Below are positions 38,262-47,860 of a stretch of 64,000 nt of DNA, in pieces. The stretch comes from Candidatus Gottesmanbacteria bacterium (GTDB taxonomy: Bacteria > Patescibacteriota > Microgenomatia > JAMCYU01). The position numbers and the translations under genes were made by a program. The stretch covers positions 194,683 to 258,682 of the forward strand of contig JAZDMI010000021.1 in NCBI GenBank assembly GCA_043801155.1, in the 5' to 3' direction. Numbering within the stretch: position 1 is the stretch's first letter; each line of letters begins with the position of its first letter. Below the pieces are notes generated by a model that made no database searches, was not told the origin of the DNA, and saw only the letters and a program-made list of their open reading frames with translations.

Positions 38262-39892
38262 GAAATAAGCTATTTGATTTTTTCGGATTAATAATTGCTC
38301 TTTTTGTTTTGACTATTACTACTCGTCCCTTATTTCATCCGGGATTATTCCCAACTGCTGATAATATATCGGTTGTTCGTATTGAAGAAATGAAAAATGA
38401 GATCAATTCTGGTCAGTTTCCAGTACGATATGTTAAGAATTTAGGTAAGGGTCATGGATATATGTTATTTAATTATTATGCACCATTACCATTTTATGTT
38501 GGAGCTTTATTCAATAATATCGGGACAAACTTAGTTGGTTCGTTAAAAAGGACATACTTAATAGCTTTTGTTATTGGAACAGTCTCGACATATTTTTTAG
38601 TAAAAAGACTCTATGGAAGATGGTCTGGTATCATCGCCTCATGGTTTTTTAGTTTAAATCCGTTTCTAGGAGTTGATACATATTCTCGTGGAGGACTAGG
38701 AGAAGTATGGGCTATTTCTCTGATTCCCACTGTTATTTATTTTTTAATTAGCTACCTTAGTTATCCAAAGATCATTTACCTTATCTTTTCATCAATCTCG
38801 ATCGCTGCGTTAATTTTAAGCCATAATTTAACTTCATATCTAGGAATGGTATTTATATTAGCCTTTATCTTTTTGACACAAAGAACAAGGCGGATATTTG
38901 CTTTGTTATTGCCAATACTATTGGGGTTGGGTCTTGCTTCTTTTTTTTGGCTTCCGTCTTTTATTGAAAAGAATTATGTTTGGGTATGGTATATGGAAAA
39001 AAACATTTCTCAATATAATGAGAACTTTCTACCATTATCAATTCTGTATTCTCCAGACTCGATTTTCAGAATAAATTATTTAAATCCCCTCTACGGTTTA
39101 GCCTTTATTTGGGTAGGAGTAATTATCTATTGGTTTAAAAAGAAAATTGATCGAACATTTATTGTTAGTTTTTCGTTTGCCCTGATTACTTTATTGATGA
39201 CGATATCAATCTCAAAACCCGTTTGGGATAATTTTAGCGGGATTTTGTCGATAGTACAATTCCCCTGGAGATTTTTAACCATTAATATGATCTTTATTTC
39301 ATTAGTAATAGGCTTTCTGGTTAGTGGTAATAAGAAAGTAAATTATATCATCGGTACAATTATTCTTTTTTTGGCAGTAATTAACTCTTTTAATAGTTTT
39401 CGACCGAAAACATACGAGTTTGTTGATAAATATCGCGCCGAAGATCCCTGCGGTACCAGCTGGGGTTATGAATATCTTCCCATCTGGACCAAGGTTTGTC
39501 TTAAATTATATCCTGATGTAAAATTTGACTTTTTTGAGGGTGGCGGAGAAATAAAAAGTATTGTTGATAAAAGTGGGTACTATAAATTTACGGTGGCTAC
39601 TAATCAAGATTCGATTTTAAGAATAAATGAATATTATTATCCTGGCTGGCATGCTTATATTAACGGTCAAGCAACAACAATTAATTATCACAATCTTTAT
39701 GGAATAATATCGTTTCCTTTAAAAAAGGGGAATAGTATTATCGAGTTAAAACTTTTTGAAACACCATTGGCTGACTTAGCTAATAAAATATCACTGATTT
39801 CACTATTTTTACTAATATTATTGTTTTTTTGGCAAGTCTGTTTATGGCTGAAGTTTAAACCACCAACGGGTAACATCATTAAAAATTCCTAA
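38258..39892 (+). CDS. 'PTPS-related' membrane protein, predicted GT-C (group D)
   Basis: PTAD, GQFPVRY..GHGY.LFNYYAP, RGGLGE, SHN, QFPWRF, EYLP, YYPGW. ATG 38258 gives ATGA coupling. Confidence 0.72.
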   Translation: MRNKLFDFFGLIIALFVLTITTRPLFHPGLFPTADNISVVRIEEMKNEINSGQFPVRYVKNLGKGHGYMLFNYYAPLPFYVGALFNNIGTNLVGSLKRTYLIAFVIGTVSTYFLVKRLYGRWSGIIASWFFSLNPFLGVDTYSRGGLGEVWAISLIPTVIYFLISYLSYPKIIYLIFSSISIAALILSHNLTSYLGMVFILAFIFLTQRTRRIFALLLPILLGLGLASFFWLPSFIEKNYVWVWYMEKNISQYNENFLPLSILYSPDSIFRINYLNPLYGLAFIWVGVIIYWFKKKIDRTFIVSFSFALITLLMTISISKPVWDNFSGILSIVQFPWRFLTINMIFISLVIGFLVSGNKKVNYIIGTIILFLAVINSFNSFRPKTYEFVDKYRAEDPCGTSWGYEYLPIWTKVCLKLYPDVKFDFFEGGGEIKSIVDKSGYYKFTVATNQDSILRINEYYYPGWHAYINGQATTINYHNLYGIISFPLKKGNSIIELKLFETPLADLANKISLISLFLLILLFFWQVCLWLKFKPPTGNIIKNS

Positions 39893-41290
39893 TGGTGAAA
39901 GTAAATACCAGTTAGTTTCAGTTATGGCTGTAGGTGTTGCTTCATTAATATCTACCAGATCGCCAAATTTAGCATACGGTAATAGTGCAACATTTTTCGG
40001 TAACGAACACTTTAAACCAACGCCAATCTTTCGTCCTTCTTCGCTATAGCGATTATCCATATCAAGTAATAGTGTCATCGCCTGAGCCGGTTCACGATCT
40101 TGCTGACAGTAATATATTGAAAATTTGTCACCCGGATACTTTTGATAAAGCAGATTAACTCTTCGTTTGGCATCAGGATGGGCCCAGTCAGTAACCAAAA
40201 GCGGTTTGATATTGATAAGTGCTATTAAAAAATAAACACCGAGTAAAACTGCGCCGATGGCTTTTGACCTTTTTATAATTTGGTATAGAACATATCCGGT
40301 AAATAGAAAAATGTAGGGATGGAAAAACTGTAAATACCCAAATGATTTTTCACCACGCCAATAACGAAGATAAAATACCATAATCAAAAAGTGGATGAAA
40401 AAAATTATCCAGGGAGTTGCTAAATGCTTTTTTAGTATACTTTGGATAAATATGATTAAAAAAATTCCAATAATGAGTATGGAAAATATTGGATGTATAC
40501 CGGTGACATACGACCAAAAGCTTGGCCAAAAATTTCCCAAATATGTAAGCCAGCGGGTACTTGTCCATAAACGGTATTGATCGTATAAGAAAAATTGTAC
40601 TAAACCTCGCGTATTAAACCAATGGTTGGTAAATTCAAAAAAAAGTAGCGGCAGAAAGCTTAAAAAAAGCCCTAAAAAAACTAGAGGCAGAAATTTCCTT
40701 TTATCTTTATAAAATAATAAACACAACGGTAGAAGAAGGAAGAGAACCGCCTGATAATGCATATTGATCATCAGTCCCAAAGAGAAACCTAATAATATTC
40801 CCCACCAAAGAGGAACGCTTTTTTTAAAAATTTGCATAAATAAAATTAAACTAAGAACCCCAAAAGGAGAAACAAATGACGGTTGTAGTAATGACGTACT
40901 AGCAGAAATTTGAGCTGGAGAAAATGCGGTTAAGGCCGCAACAAGAAGGCCAAACATAGGACCAATAAGCAGATTCCCTATAATAAACATACCAAAAATA
41001 GTAAACAATGACAGAAAGCCATTGGTTATCCATGGCGCCCAGATAAACGGAAATATTCGTTGAAAGAAAATTAGTATATAGTAGTACCAAGGACCAAACG
41101 TAAACGGACCCAAAGACGAAAATGATCCGGTCAATGGTAACTGGAATTGTTGAGCACCCTCTCGGGCGACTATAGCATCCCGTCCGCTATCACCACCCAG
41201 TGACCAACGACCTGGTGTATTGTAAAATCGAAAATATAATCCAACGAGCAGAATTAAAATAAAAATGATAAAAAGGTATTTTTTTCTCAC
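39842..41290 (-). CDS. GT-C PMT_2/ArnT-like glycosyltransferase (group A)
   Basis: RWSLGGDSGRD, LPLTGSFSSLGPFTFGPWYYY, RWLTYLG.FWP. Closest to 51948. Confidence 0.75.
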   Translation of the reverse strand: MRKKYLFIIFILILLVGLYFRFYNTPGRWSLGGDSGRDAIVAREGAQQFQLPLTGSFSSLGPFTFGPWYYYILIFFQRIFPFIWAPWITNGFLSLFTIFGMFIIGNLLIGPMFGLLVAALTAFSPAQISASTSLLQPSFVSPFGVLSLILFMQIFKKSVPLWWGILLGFSLGLMINMHYQAVLFLLLPLCLLFYKDKRKFLPLVFLGLFLSFLPLLFFEFTNHWFNTRGLVQFFLYDQYRLWTSTRWLTYLGNFWPSFWSYVTGIHPIFSILIIGIFLIIFIQSILKKHLATPWIIFFIHFLIMVFYLRYWRGEKSFGYLQFFHPYIFLFTGYVLYQIIKRSKAIGAVLLGVYFLIALINIKPLLVTDWAHPDAKRRVNLLYQKYPGDKFSIYYCQQDREPAQAMTLLLDMDNRYSEEGRKIGVGLKCSLPKNVALLPYAKFGDLVDINEATPTAITETNWYLLSPLGIFNDVTRWWFKLQP

Positions 41291-41311
41291 AATATGTTTA
41301 TTTAAAAATAT

Positions 41312-43009
41312 TTAATCAACTGATATTTCTTCTTTATAATCTAATTGTTCATAAATCTTCGACGTACCTTCAGGAAAATCGACGACAATTAAAGATATAG
41401 CCCCATCTGAAAAAGCGATTTTTTTAATAATTCTTGAGGTTCGAGGAAGTTTACAGTTAACCTTGTAGACTACCAAAATATTCCCTTTCATTTGAGAATC
41501 GATAATAGGGCACTCTTCTCTTATTATTTTAATATTGTCGATATTATTCCAGGTATATTCTAAACCCTTTTCTTTAATTAATTTTTGATATATATTTGGA
41601 TTTGTTTGGTTATAAAACAAAAAATATACATAAGGTTCGGTAGAGTTAAATGTTAAATAAACACTCGTATATTTATTTTTAACTGAATTTACATAAGACA
41701 CCAGCTCTTTCATATCATAAAAACGATACCAAGGACGACGAAGGAAAGTGTGAACAGTATATTGATGAATAAAATATGAGCAGTTCCAAATAATAATCAT
41801 CGAAAGTACGGTAATAGTAACCATTTTTTTAAAATAACGTAGATTAATGAATAAATCTAATAACCCCAGGGCGACTACCCACTGTAAAGCTGGCAATATG
41901 AATAATGCTCTTTGAAGATTGGGTGTTTCTTCTATAGTTAAAGAGGATGAAAATAATCCCAATATGATCCATAGAAAGATTATAAAGGTATTTTCTATTC
42001 GATAGCGTTTCGAAAACAATACAATAAAACCCCATAGAAGAAAAGGCAGCTCCCAAAAATATAGAATTCCCATATTTGGGACATAATATCGGATAGGTAA
42101 ACCACCTTTAAATATTAAAAAATCAGCGGTAAAATAAGAAGAAAAATTCTCAACGGCTTTTAAAGAAAAATTTATAATCTTATTATGGAAAACCCTTGTT
42201 AAGAAAATAGGGAAACTGTTACCATCCTCCCTTATCTGTTCCTCAAGTATGAGCTTAGTTCCGTGTTCATTAATTATACTTACTTGGTTAAAACGGCCAG
42301 TTGAAGATGCCCAAAAAACCGTGAATGGGAAAATAAGATAAATTATGGTAACCCCTAAAAAGGCTAAACTTACCTGTTTTTTTGCCCTGACAGCCATAAG
42401 AAAGAAGATAAATAAGATTATCGGAATCATTATTCTGGTTGATAAATAGGAAAAAAAGGCTAAAACGAAAAAGAGATAAGAGAAGAAGACAGAGTATTTT
42501 GATTCCTTTTCATAAGCACGCCAAGAGAATAAGAACCCTAGAATATAAAAGAATAAAGCTATGACTGCGTCTGACGTTGCCCTGGATAGCATAACGTGCC
42601 ATGGTGAAATAGTGAATAAAAAAGATGACAGGAGAGATAATGCCTTATTCTTAAATAATGATTGTGTTAACAAAAACACCAGTAAAATAGAAATAGTTCC
42701 TATAACTGAAGTATCGATACGCGTTCCAAATTCTGATAGACCGAAAACTACAATACCAGGAATAGTTAAATATGTAGGAAGTAATGGTCTCTCGTAATTC
42801 CAAATCTTGATGTGAACAGGTAAAAAATTACCTAGTTCATCCCGGCCAGTCTTTAAAAGGGAAAAAGCATTGTATCCAAGTTGGGCCTCATCTATATGAA
42901 GACCGATAGGAATTTCAGATAACCTATAGTATCTAAGCAGAAAACCTAATAAAACAACAATGATAAGAATTATTGTCGAGTTTGAGACTAACTTCTTTAA
43001 AAAAATCAT
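41312..43009 (-). CDS. GT-C PMT_2/ArnT-like glycosyltransferase (group B)
   Basis: HIDEAQLGYNAFSLLKTGRDELG, FGLSEF..R, ISPWH..SR, FHNK, GILYFWELPF. Confidence 0.78.
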   Translation of the reverse strand: MIFLKKLVSNSTIILIIVVLLGFLLRYYRLSEIPIGLHIDEAQLGYNAFSLLKTGRDELGNFLPVHIKIWNYERPLLPTYLTIPGIVVFGLSEFGTRIDTSVIGTISILLVFLLTQSLFKNKALSLLSSFLFTISPWHVMLSRATSDAVIALFFYILGFLFSWRAYEKESKYSVFFSYLFFVLAFFSYLSTRIMIPIILFIFFLMAVRAKKQVSLAFLGVTIIYLIFPFTVFWASSTGRFNQVSIINEHGTKLILEEQIREDGNSFPIFLTRVFHNKIINFSLKAVENFSSYFTADFLIFKGGLPIRYYVPNMGILYFWELPFLLWGFIVLFSKRYRIENTFIIFLWIILGLFSSSLTIEETPNLQRALFILPALQWVVALGLLDLFINLRYFKKMVTITVLSMIIIWNCSYFIHQYTVHTFLRRPWYRFYDMKELVSYVNSVKNKYTSVYLTFNSTEPYVYFLFYNQTNPNIYQKLIKEKGLEYTWNNIDNIKIIREECPIIDSQMKGNILVVYKVNCKLPRTSRIIKKIAFSDGAISLIVVDFPEGTSKIYEQLDYKEEISVD

Positions 43010-43042
43010 CTAATTAAGGTATAATTACTAATAACATTGAAA

Positions 43043-44680
43043 ATGATTAAGAAATTCTTAACAAGTTGGTGCTTAATTCTTCTAATTTTTATATTAGCAT
43101 CCATTCTTAGGTTTAACAAGCTTGGGGAGATACCATTATCTCTTTCGTGGGATGAGGTAGCCCAAGGTTACAACGCGTATGCTTTAGCAACGACGGGTAA
43201 AGATGAATTTGGTAGAGCCTGGCCAATCGATTATTTAGAATCGTTTGGTGACTTCAAGCCGGTACTTTACACCTATATGACAATTATGCCGGTTAAAATC
43301 TGGGGTTTAAATGAATTTTCAACCAGATTTGCTTCAGCATTTTTCGGATCAGTCACAGTTTTAATCACCTATTTTTTGGTCTTACAGTTATTCTTCAAAA
43401 GTGAAAATAAAAAGACCTTGGCTCTTCTAACATCATTATTTTTAGCTATATCTCCATGGCATATCAACCTTTCAAGAGCGGCTTTCGAAGCAAACCTTGG
43501 CCTTTTTTGGATAGTATTGGCGATGTATTTACTCTTACGTGGTTTAAATGGACAACGGCTTAGTTTTATATTAAGTGCCTTTCCTTTTGCCGCAGTATTT
43601 TATACCTTTAATGCCACACGTACTTTTGTACCATTATTTTTAATAAGTATAGCTGTAATTCTTATAAAAGATTGGAAAATTTTGTGGAAAAAAGGAATAA
43701 TCTTCGGGGTAGTTCTTTTTATTTTGCTAATACCAATAATTCCTCATCTTTTTTCTCCACAAGCACAACTGCGATTTCGTGAAGTAAATATTTTTTCTGA
43801 TCTTAAACCGATTAAGATTAGTAATGCTCGAATAAAAACCGATAATGATATTTGGTGGGCAAAAATATTACATAATCGTCGCCTGATGTTTTCTTTAGAA
43901 TTTATTAAGCATTATAGTGATAATCTAAATTTAGATTTTCTTTTTATACATGGGGATGGCAATCCAAAATTTTCAATTCAGGATGTCGGACAACTTTACC
44001 TTTTTGATTTACCGTTATTTTTTATCGGAATAGTCTTCCTAATTAAAAAATATCCTCCAGCAGCCAAAATTATTTTTGTTTGGTTATTGATAGGTATAGT
44101 TCCTGCAGCCACAGCCAGAGAGACGCCGCATGCCTTAAGAATTCTTCACACATTACCAACCTGGCAGATAATATTAGCTGTCGGTTGGTATGAAGCGTGG
44201 TTGTGGTTAAAATTTAAAAAACGGGGTGTTATCATTATAATTGTCGCCATACTCGGGCTGACTGGGAATTTTTTCTGGTATATTCATAATTATTATGCTC
44301 ATTATCCAAAAGAGTATGCTGGCCAATGGGAATATGGATATAAACAAGCGATCAGTTATATAAATAGGGTTTATAAACAATACGATAGAATCGTTATTAC
44401 CAATAATATGGGTCGGCCTTATATATATTTTTTATATTATAATCAATATTCTCCTTATAAATTTCGCCAAACGGCCACGATAAAAAGAGATACCTTTGGT
44501 TTTGTTGATGTTTTAGGTTTTGATAAATATATATTTACTAATAATTTTGACTTACCTGCAAAACCTGGTCAGAAGACTTTATTTATTGTTTTTCCTCAAG
44601 ACGTACCCAAGACAAAAGCCGTGAAAGAAACAATTAACTTACCTAATGGGAGCACAATATTAAATTCATATGAACAGTAG
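43043..44680 (+). CDS. GT-C PMT_2/ArnT-like glycosyltransferase (group B)
   Basis: SWDEVAQGYNAY....GKDEFG, SFGDFKP, GLNEFSTR, ISPWH..SR.AFE, PHALR. ATG 43043 (track TTG 43037). Confidence 0.78.
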   Translation: MIKKFLTSWCLILLIFILASILRFNKLGEIPLSLSWDEVAQGYNAYALATTGKDEFGRAWPIDYLESFGDFKPVLYTYMTIMPVKIWGLNEFSTRFASAFFGSVTVLITYFLVLQLFFKSENKKTLALLTSLFLAISPWHINLSRAAFEANLGLFWIVLAMYLLLRGLNGQRLSFILSAFPFAAVFYTFNATRTFVPLFLISIAVILIKDWKILWKKGIIFGVVLFILLIPIIPHLFSPQAQLRFREVNIFSDLKPIKISNARIKTDNDIWWAKILHNRRLMFSLEFIKHYSDNLNLDFLFIHGDGNPKFSIQDVGQLYLFDLPLFFIGIVFLIKKYPPAAKIIFVWLLIGIVPAATARETPHALRILHTLPTWQIILAVGWYEAWLWLKFKKRGVIIIIVAILGLTGNFFWYIHNYYAHYPKEYAGQWEYGYKQAISYINRVYKQYDRIVITNNMGRPYIYFLYYNQYSPYKFRQTATIKRDTFGFVDVLGFDKYIFTNNFDLPAKPGQKTLFIVFPQDVPKTKAVKETINLPNGSTILNSYEQ

Positions 44681-46316
44681 AAAAGAACTAATTCTTGTTC
44701 TCTTTATTTTTCTTTTAGCTTTAGCATTAAGAATTTATCAGTTGGGGATCGTACCGCCAAGTCCGGACTGGGATGAAGCAGCTATCGGTTATAATGCCTA
44801 TTCTTTACTAAAAACAGGCCGTGATGAGTATGGCAAGTTTTTGCCTATTGTTTTTCGTTCATTTGACGACTATAAACCGCCGGTATATTTTTATCTGGCA
44901 ATTCCTTCGATAGCCATATTTGGTTTGAACGTTTTTGCCGTCAGACTTCCTTCGGCTATCCTAGGTTCTCTGACGGTCCTTATTACTTATTTCCTGGTTA
45001 AAAGATTATTTGCAGACCGAAAATCCTCTAATAAAACTTTGATAAACAGCAGTCTCTTGGCTTTTATAAGTGCTTTGTTGCTGGCGATTTCACCTTGGCA
45101 TCTACAGTTTTCCCGGGTCGCCTTTGAAACAAATATCGCCTTATTTTTTAATGTTACCGGTGTCTGGTTGTTTTTAGAAGGGCTTAAAAAACCAAAAATA
45201 TGGTTAATATCGGCTTTATTCTTTGCTTTGGCTCCATATAGTTATCATAGCGCCAGGGTATTTACACCATTACTGATTCTCGGTCTTTTTATAGTTTTTC
45301 GCGCTGATATTTTTAAACAAAGAAAATGGACAATTATTTCTGGATTGATCTTTAGCATATTGATGCTGCCTCTTATCTTGACCCTGCTTTCGCCTGAAGG
45401 ACGATTACGTTTGTCAGGAGTAAGCGCTCTGGCTGACCAAACAAATATCTTAACCAGAGATATCAAAAAAATTCAAGATGATAATAAAAATAATTTCCTC
45501 CCGGCTAAATTATTCCATAATCGGCGAATAACCTACGCCTTAATTGTTATTACCGGGTATTTACGACATTTTGATCTAAACTGGTTATTTTTAAATGGAG
45601 ATATTCCCCGGCACCATGCGCCAGGAGTCGGGATTCTTTACCTATGGGAATTGCCGTTTCTCTTTATTGGTATTTATCAGCTGATTTTTAATGAAAAAAA
45701 GGCGAGGAATATTCTTGTTTGGTGGATTTTAATTGCCCCAATCGCAGCCGCACCAACAGTTGAATTACCCCATGCAGTCAGGACTCTAACTTTTTTACCA
45801 ACATTCCAGATTATAACTGCCTATGGCTTAATATTTACAGCTAAATATATTTTAGCCAGGAACGTCTTATATAAAATTTCCATGATCCCTTATATTATTT
45901 TTATTGTTTTTAATATAATTTATTATTTCCATCAATACTATATTCACCTTTCAATTGAAACATCTCAGTATTGGCAATACGGTTATGAACAAGCCGTGGT
46001 TGGGGTAAAAAAAGTCTATAATCAATATAATAAAATTATTGTATCAACTAAACTGGAGCAATCACACATGTTTTTCCTTTTCTATTTAAGATATGATCCG
46101 CAAAAATATCTTCAAGAGGGAGGATCATCTAGTGGCGGCTTCAAAGAAAAAAGAAACGGATTTGCTAAATTTGAATTTCGGCCGCTCGATATCGACCATG
46201 ATCAATATCCAGCTAAAACTCTTTTAGTTGGTACGCCTGACGAATTAACTATTGGAAGTATCGAAACAATCTATAATTTAGATGGTTCAGAGGCCATTAA
46301 ATTAGTCGAAAGGTGA
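44670..46316 (+). CDS. GT-C PMT_2/ArnT-like glycosyltransferase (group B)
   Basis: DWDEAAIGYNAYSLLKTGRDEYG, SFDDYKPP, FAVRLPSA, ISPWH..SR.AFE, PHAVR, WQYGY. Confidence 0.78.
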   Translation: MNSRKELILVLFIFLLALALRIYQLGIVPPSPDWDEAAIGYNAYSLLKTGRDEYGKFLPIVFRSFDDYKPPVYFYLAIPSIAIFGLNVFAVRLPSAILGSLTVLITYFLVKRLFADRKSSNKTLINSSLLAFISALLLAISPWHLQFSRVAFETNIALFFNVTGVWLFLEGLKKPKIWLISALFFALAPYSYHSARVFTPLLILGLFIVFRADIFKQRKWTIISGLIFSILMLPLILTLLSPEGRLRLSGVSALADQTNILTRDIKKIQDDNKNNFLPAKLFHNRRITYALIVITGYLRHFDLNWLFLNGDIPRHHAPGVGILYLWELPFLFIGIYQLIFNEKKARNILVWWILIAPIAAAPTVELPHAVRTLTFLPTFQIITAYGLIFTAKYILARNVLYKISMIPYIIFIVFNIIYYFHQYYIHLSIETSQYWQYGYEQAVVGVKKVYNQYNKIIVSTKLEQSHMFFLFYLRYDPQKYLQEGGSSSGGFKEKRNGFAKFEFRPLDIDHDQYPAKTLLVGTPDELTIGSIETIYNLDGSEAIKLVER

Positions 46317-46317
46317 A

Positions 46318-47112
46318 ATGAAATTATCAGTAGTTTTAGCAACCTATAACGAAGAAAATAATATCGGGCAATGTCTACAATCGGTTCGGGATTTGGCCGA
46401 TGAGATAATTATAGTTGATGGAAAATCAACAGATAGAACAGTTGAAATTGCTAAACAATATGATGCAAAGATAATTGTTACTGATAATCCGCCAATATTT
46501 CATATTAATAAACAAAAAGCAATTGATTTAGCTACCGGAGATTGGATTTTACAGCTCGATGCCGATGAAAGAGTAACGCTGGAGTTAAAAAAAGAAATTC
46601 TATCTGCTATCTGCTTACCACTATCTACTATCAACGGTTACTGGATTCCTAGAAAAAATTGGTTTTTGGGCAGATTTTTAATGAAGGGCGGTCAATATCC
46701 AGATTATACACTCCGGCTATACCGAAAAGGTAAAGGCAAACTTCCGTGTAAAAACGTTCATGAACAAGCCATCGTTGATGGTGAAGTGGGATATTTAAAA
46801 AATCCCTTGATTCATATGGCTGATATTAATATTAACCGTTATCTAAAGCGCTGGGACAGGTATACAAATTTATTAGCGGGTGAAATAAAAGATATACTAC
46901 AACAACAGAATATATTTATGAGGATAAGTACAGGAGGGATATATTTAATTATCAAGCCCTGGTATTGGTTTTTACTGACTTATTTTCGCCATAAAGGCTT
47001 TATGGATTCCTGGCAAGGATTTGTTTTTTCGCTATTTTCTGCTTGGCGTTTTCCGGTAGCCTATATTAAATATCTAATAAGGGGAGGTAAAATAACTTAT
47101 GAAAAATCCTAA
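46318..47112 (+). CDS. GT2, WaaE/KdtX-like
   Basis: LSVVLATYNEE, VDGKSTD.T, LDADE, YWIPRKN, YPDY.LRL, VHE, GFMD..QG. Confidence 0.85.
   Translation: MKLSVVLATYNEENNIGQCLQSVRDLADEIIIVDGKSTDRTVEIAKQYDAKIIVTDNPPIFHINKQKAIDLATGDWILQLDADERVTLELKKEILSAICLPLSTINGYWIPRKNWFLGRFLMKGGQYPDYTLRLYRKGKGKLPCKNVHEQAIVDGEVGYLKNPLIHMADININRYLKRWDRYTNLLAGEIKDILQQQNIFMRISTGGIYLIIKPWYWFLLTYFRHKGFMDSWQGFVFSLFSAWRFPVAYIKYLIRGGKITYEKS
46600..46634 (+). repeat. Intragenic heptamer array (CTATCTR)x5
   Basis: CTATCTG CTATCTG CTTACCA CTATCTA CTATCAA, encoding LSAICLPLSTI. Confidence 0.8.
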
Positions 47113-47839
47113 TATTATTGTGGTCATGCCCGCTTTTAATGCCGAAAAAACCATTGAAAAAACTTATCAGGATCTTCCCCGTGACCTGATTAATGAAGTT
47201 ATTGTTGTCGACGATCAAAGTCGTGATAAAACTGTTGAAATAGCCAAAAAATTACACATTAAAACTTTTGTTCATCCGCAGAATCTTGGGTACGGAGGAA
47301 ACCAAAAAACCTGTTATTGGGAAGCATTAAAGAAAAATCCGGATGTCGTAGTCATGCTTCATCCCGATTATCAATATGATGCTACCAAAACCGCAGAATT
47401 AATTAAACCAATTCTGAATGGTGAATACGACTTGATGTTTGGTTCAAGAATTAGGACTAGAGAAGAGGCTTTAAAGGGAGGAATGCCATTAACAAAATAT
47501 CTTCTCAATCGAATTTTTTGTGTCATTGAAAATATTGTTTTAGGAGTTAACTTTACTGAGCATTTCAGTGGTTTCCGCGCTTACAGCCGTAAAGTATTAG
47601 AAACCGTTCCGTTCCAAAGATTTTCTAATGATTTCGTTTTTGATCAGGAAATGATGGCCTCCGCGATTGCGTTAGGTTTTAGGGTTGGCGAGACACCAAT
47701 TCCGGTTCGTTATTTTTCCGAAAGTTCTTCGATAAAGTATTTAGCCGGCTCAAAATTTCTTATGGAAACACTGCTTGTCCTTCTGCGATTTATACTAAAT
47801 AAAAATAACATTATCAAGGATAATATTTTTCGGGACTAA
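47099..47839 (+). CDS. GT2, DPM/DPG-synthase-like
   Basis: VMPAFNAE, VDDQSRD, NLGYGGNQK, MLHPDYQYD, GSR, SGFRAYS, DFVFDQE. SD GGGAGG. Confidence 0.85.
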   Translation: MKNPNIIVVMPAFNAEKTIEKTYQDLPRDLINEVIVVDDQSRDKTVEIAKKLHIKTFVHPQNLGYGGNQKTCYWEALKKNPDVVVMLHPDYQYDATKTAELIKPILNGEYDLMFGSRIRTREEALKGGMPLTKYLLNRIFCVIENIVLGVNFTEHFSGFRAYSRKVLETVPFQRFSNDFVFDQEMMASAIALGFRVGETPIPVRYFSESSSIKYLAGSKFLMETLLVLLRFILNKNNIIKDNIFRD

Positions 47840-47860
47840 TTTTTTAATGCTTCTTTTTTA

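Noticed and set aside
39842-43040. Invertible phase-variation segment
   Set aside because: I found no inverted repeats at the junctions by eye, and there is no recombinase in the window.
22409-47112. LPS core or lipid A modification locus (WaaE-like and ArnT-like similarity)
   Set aside because: No lipid A, Kdo, heptose or arnABCD genes are present. The similarities are at family level only.
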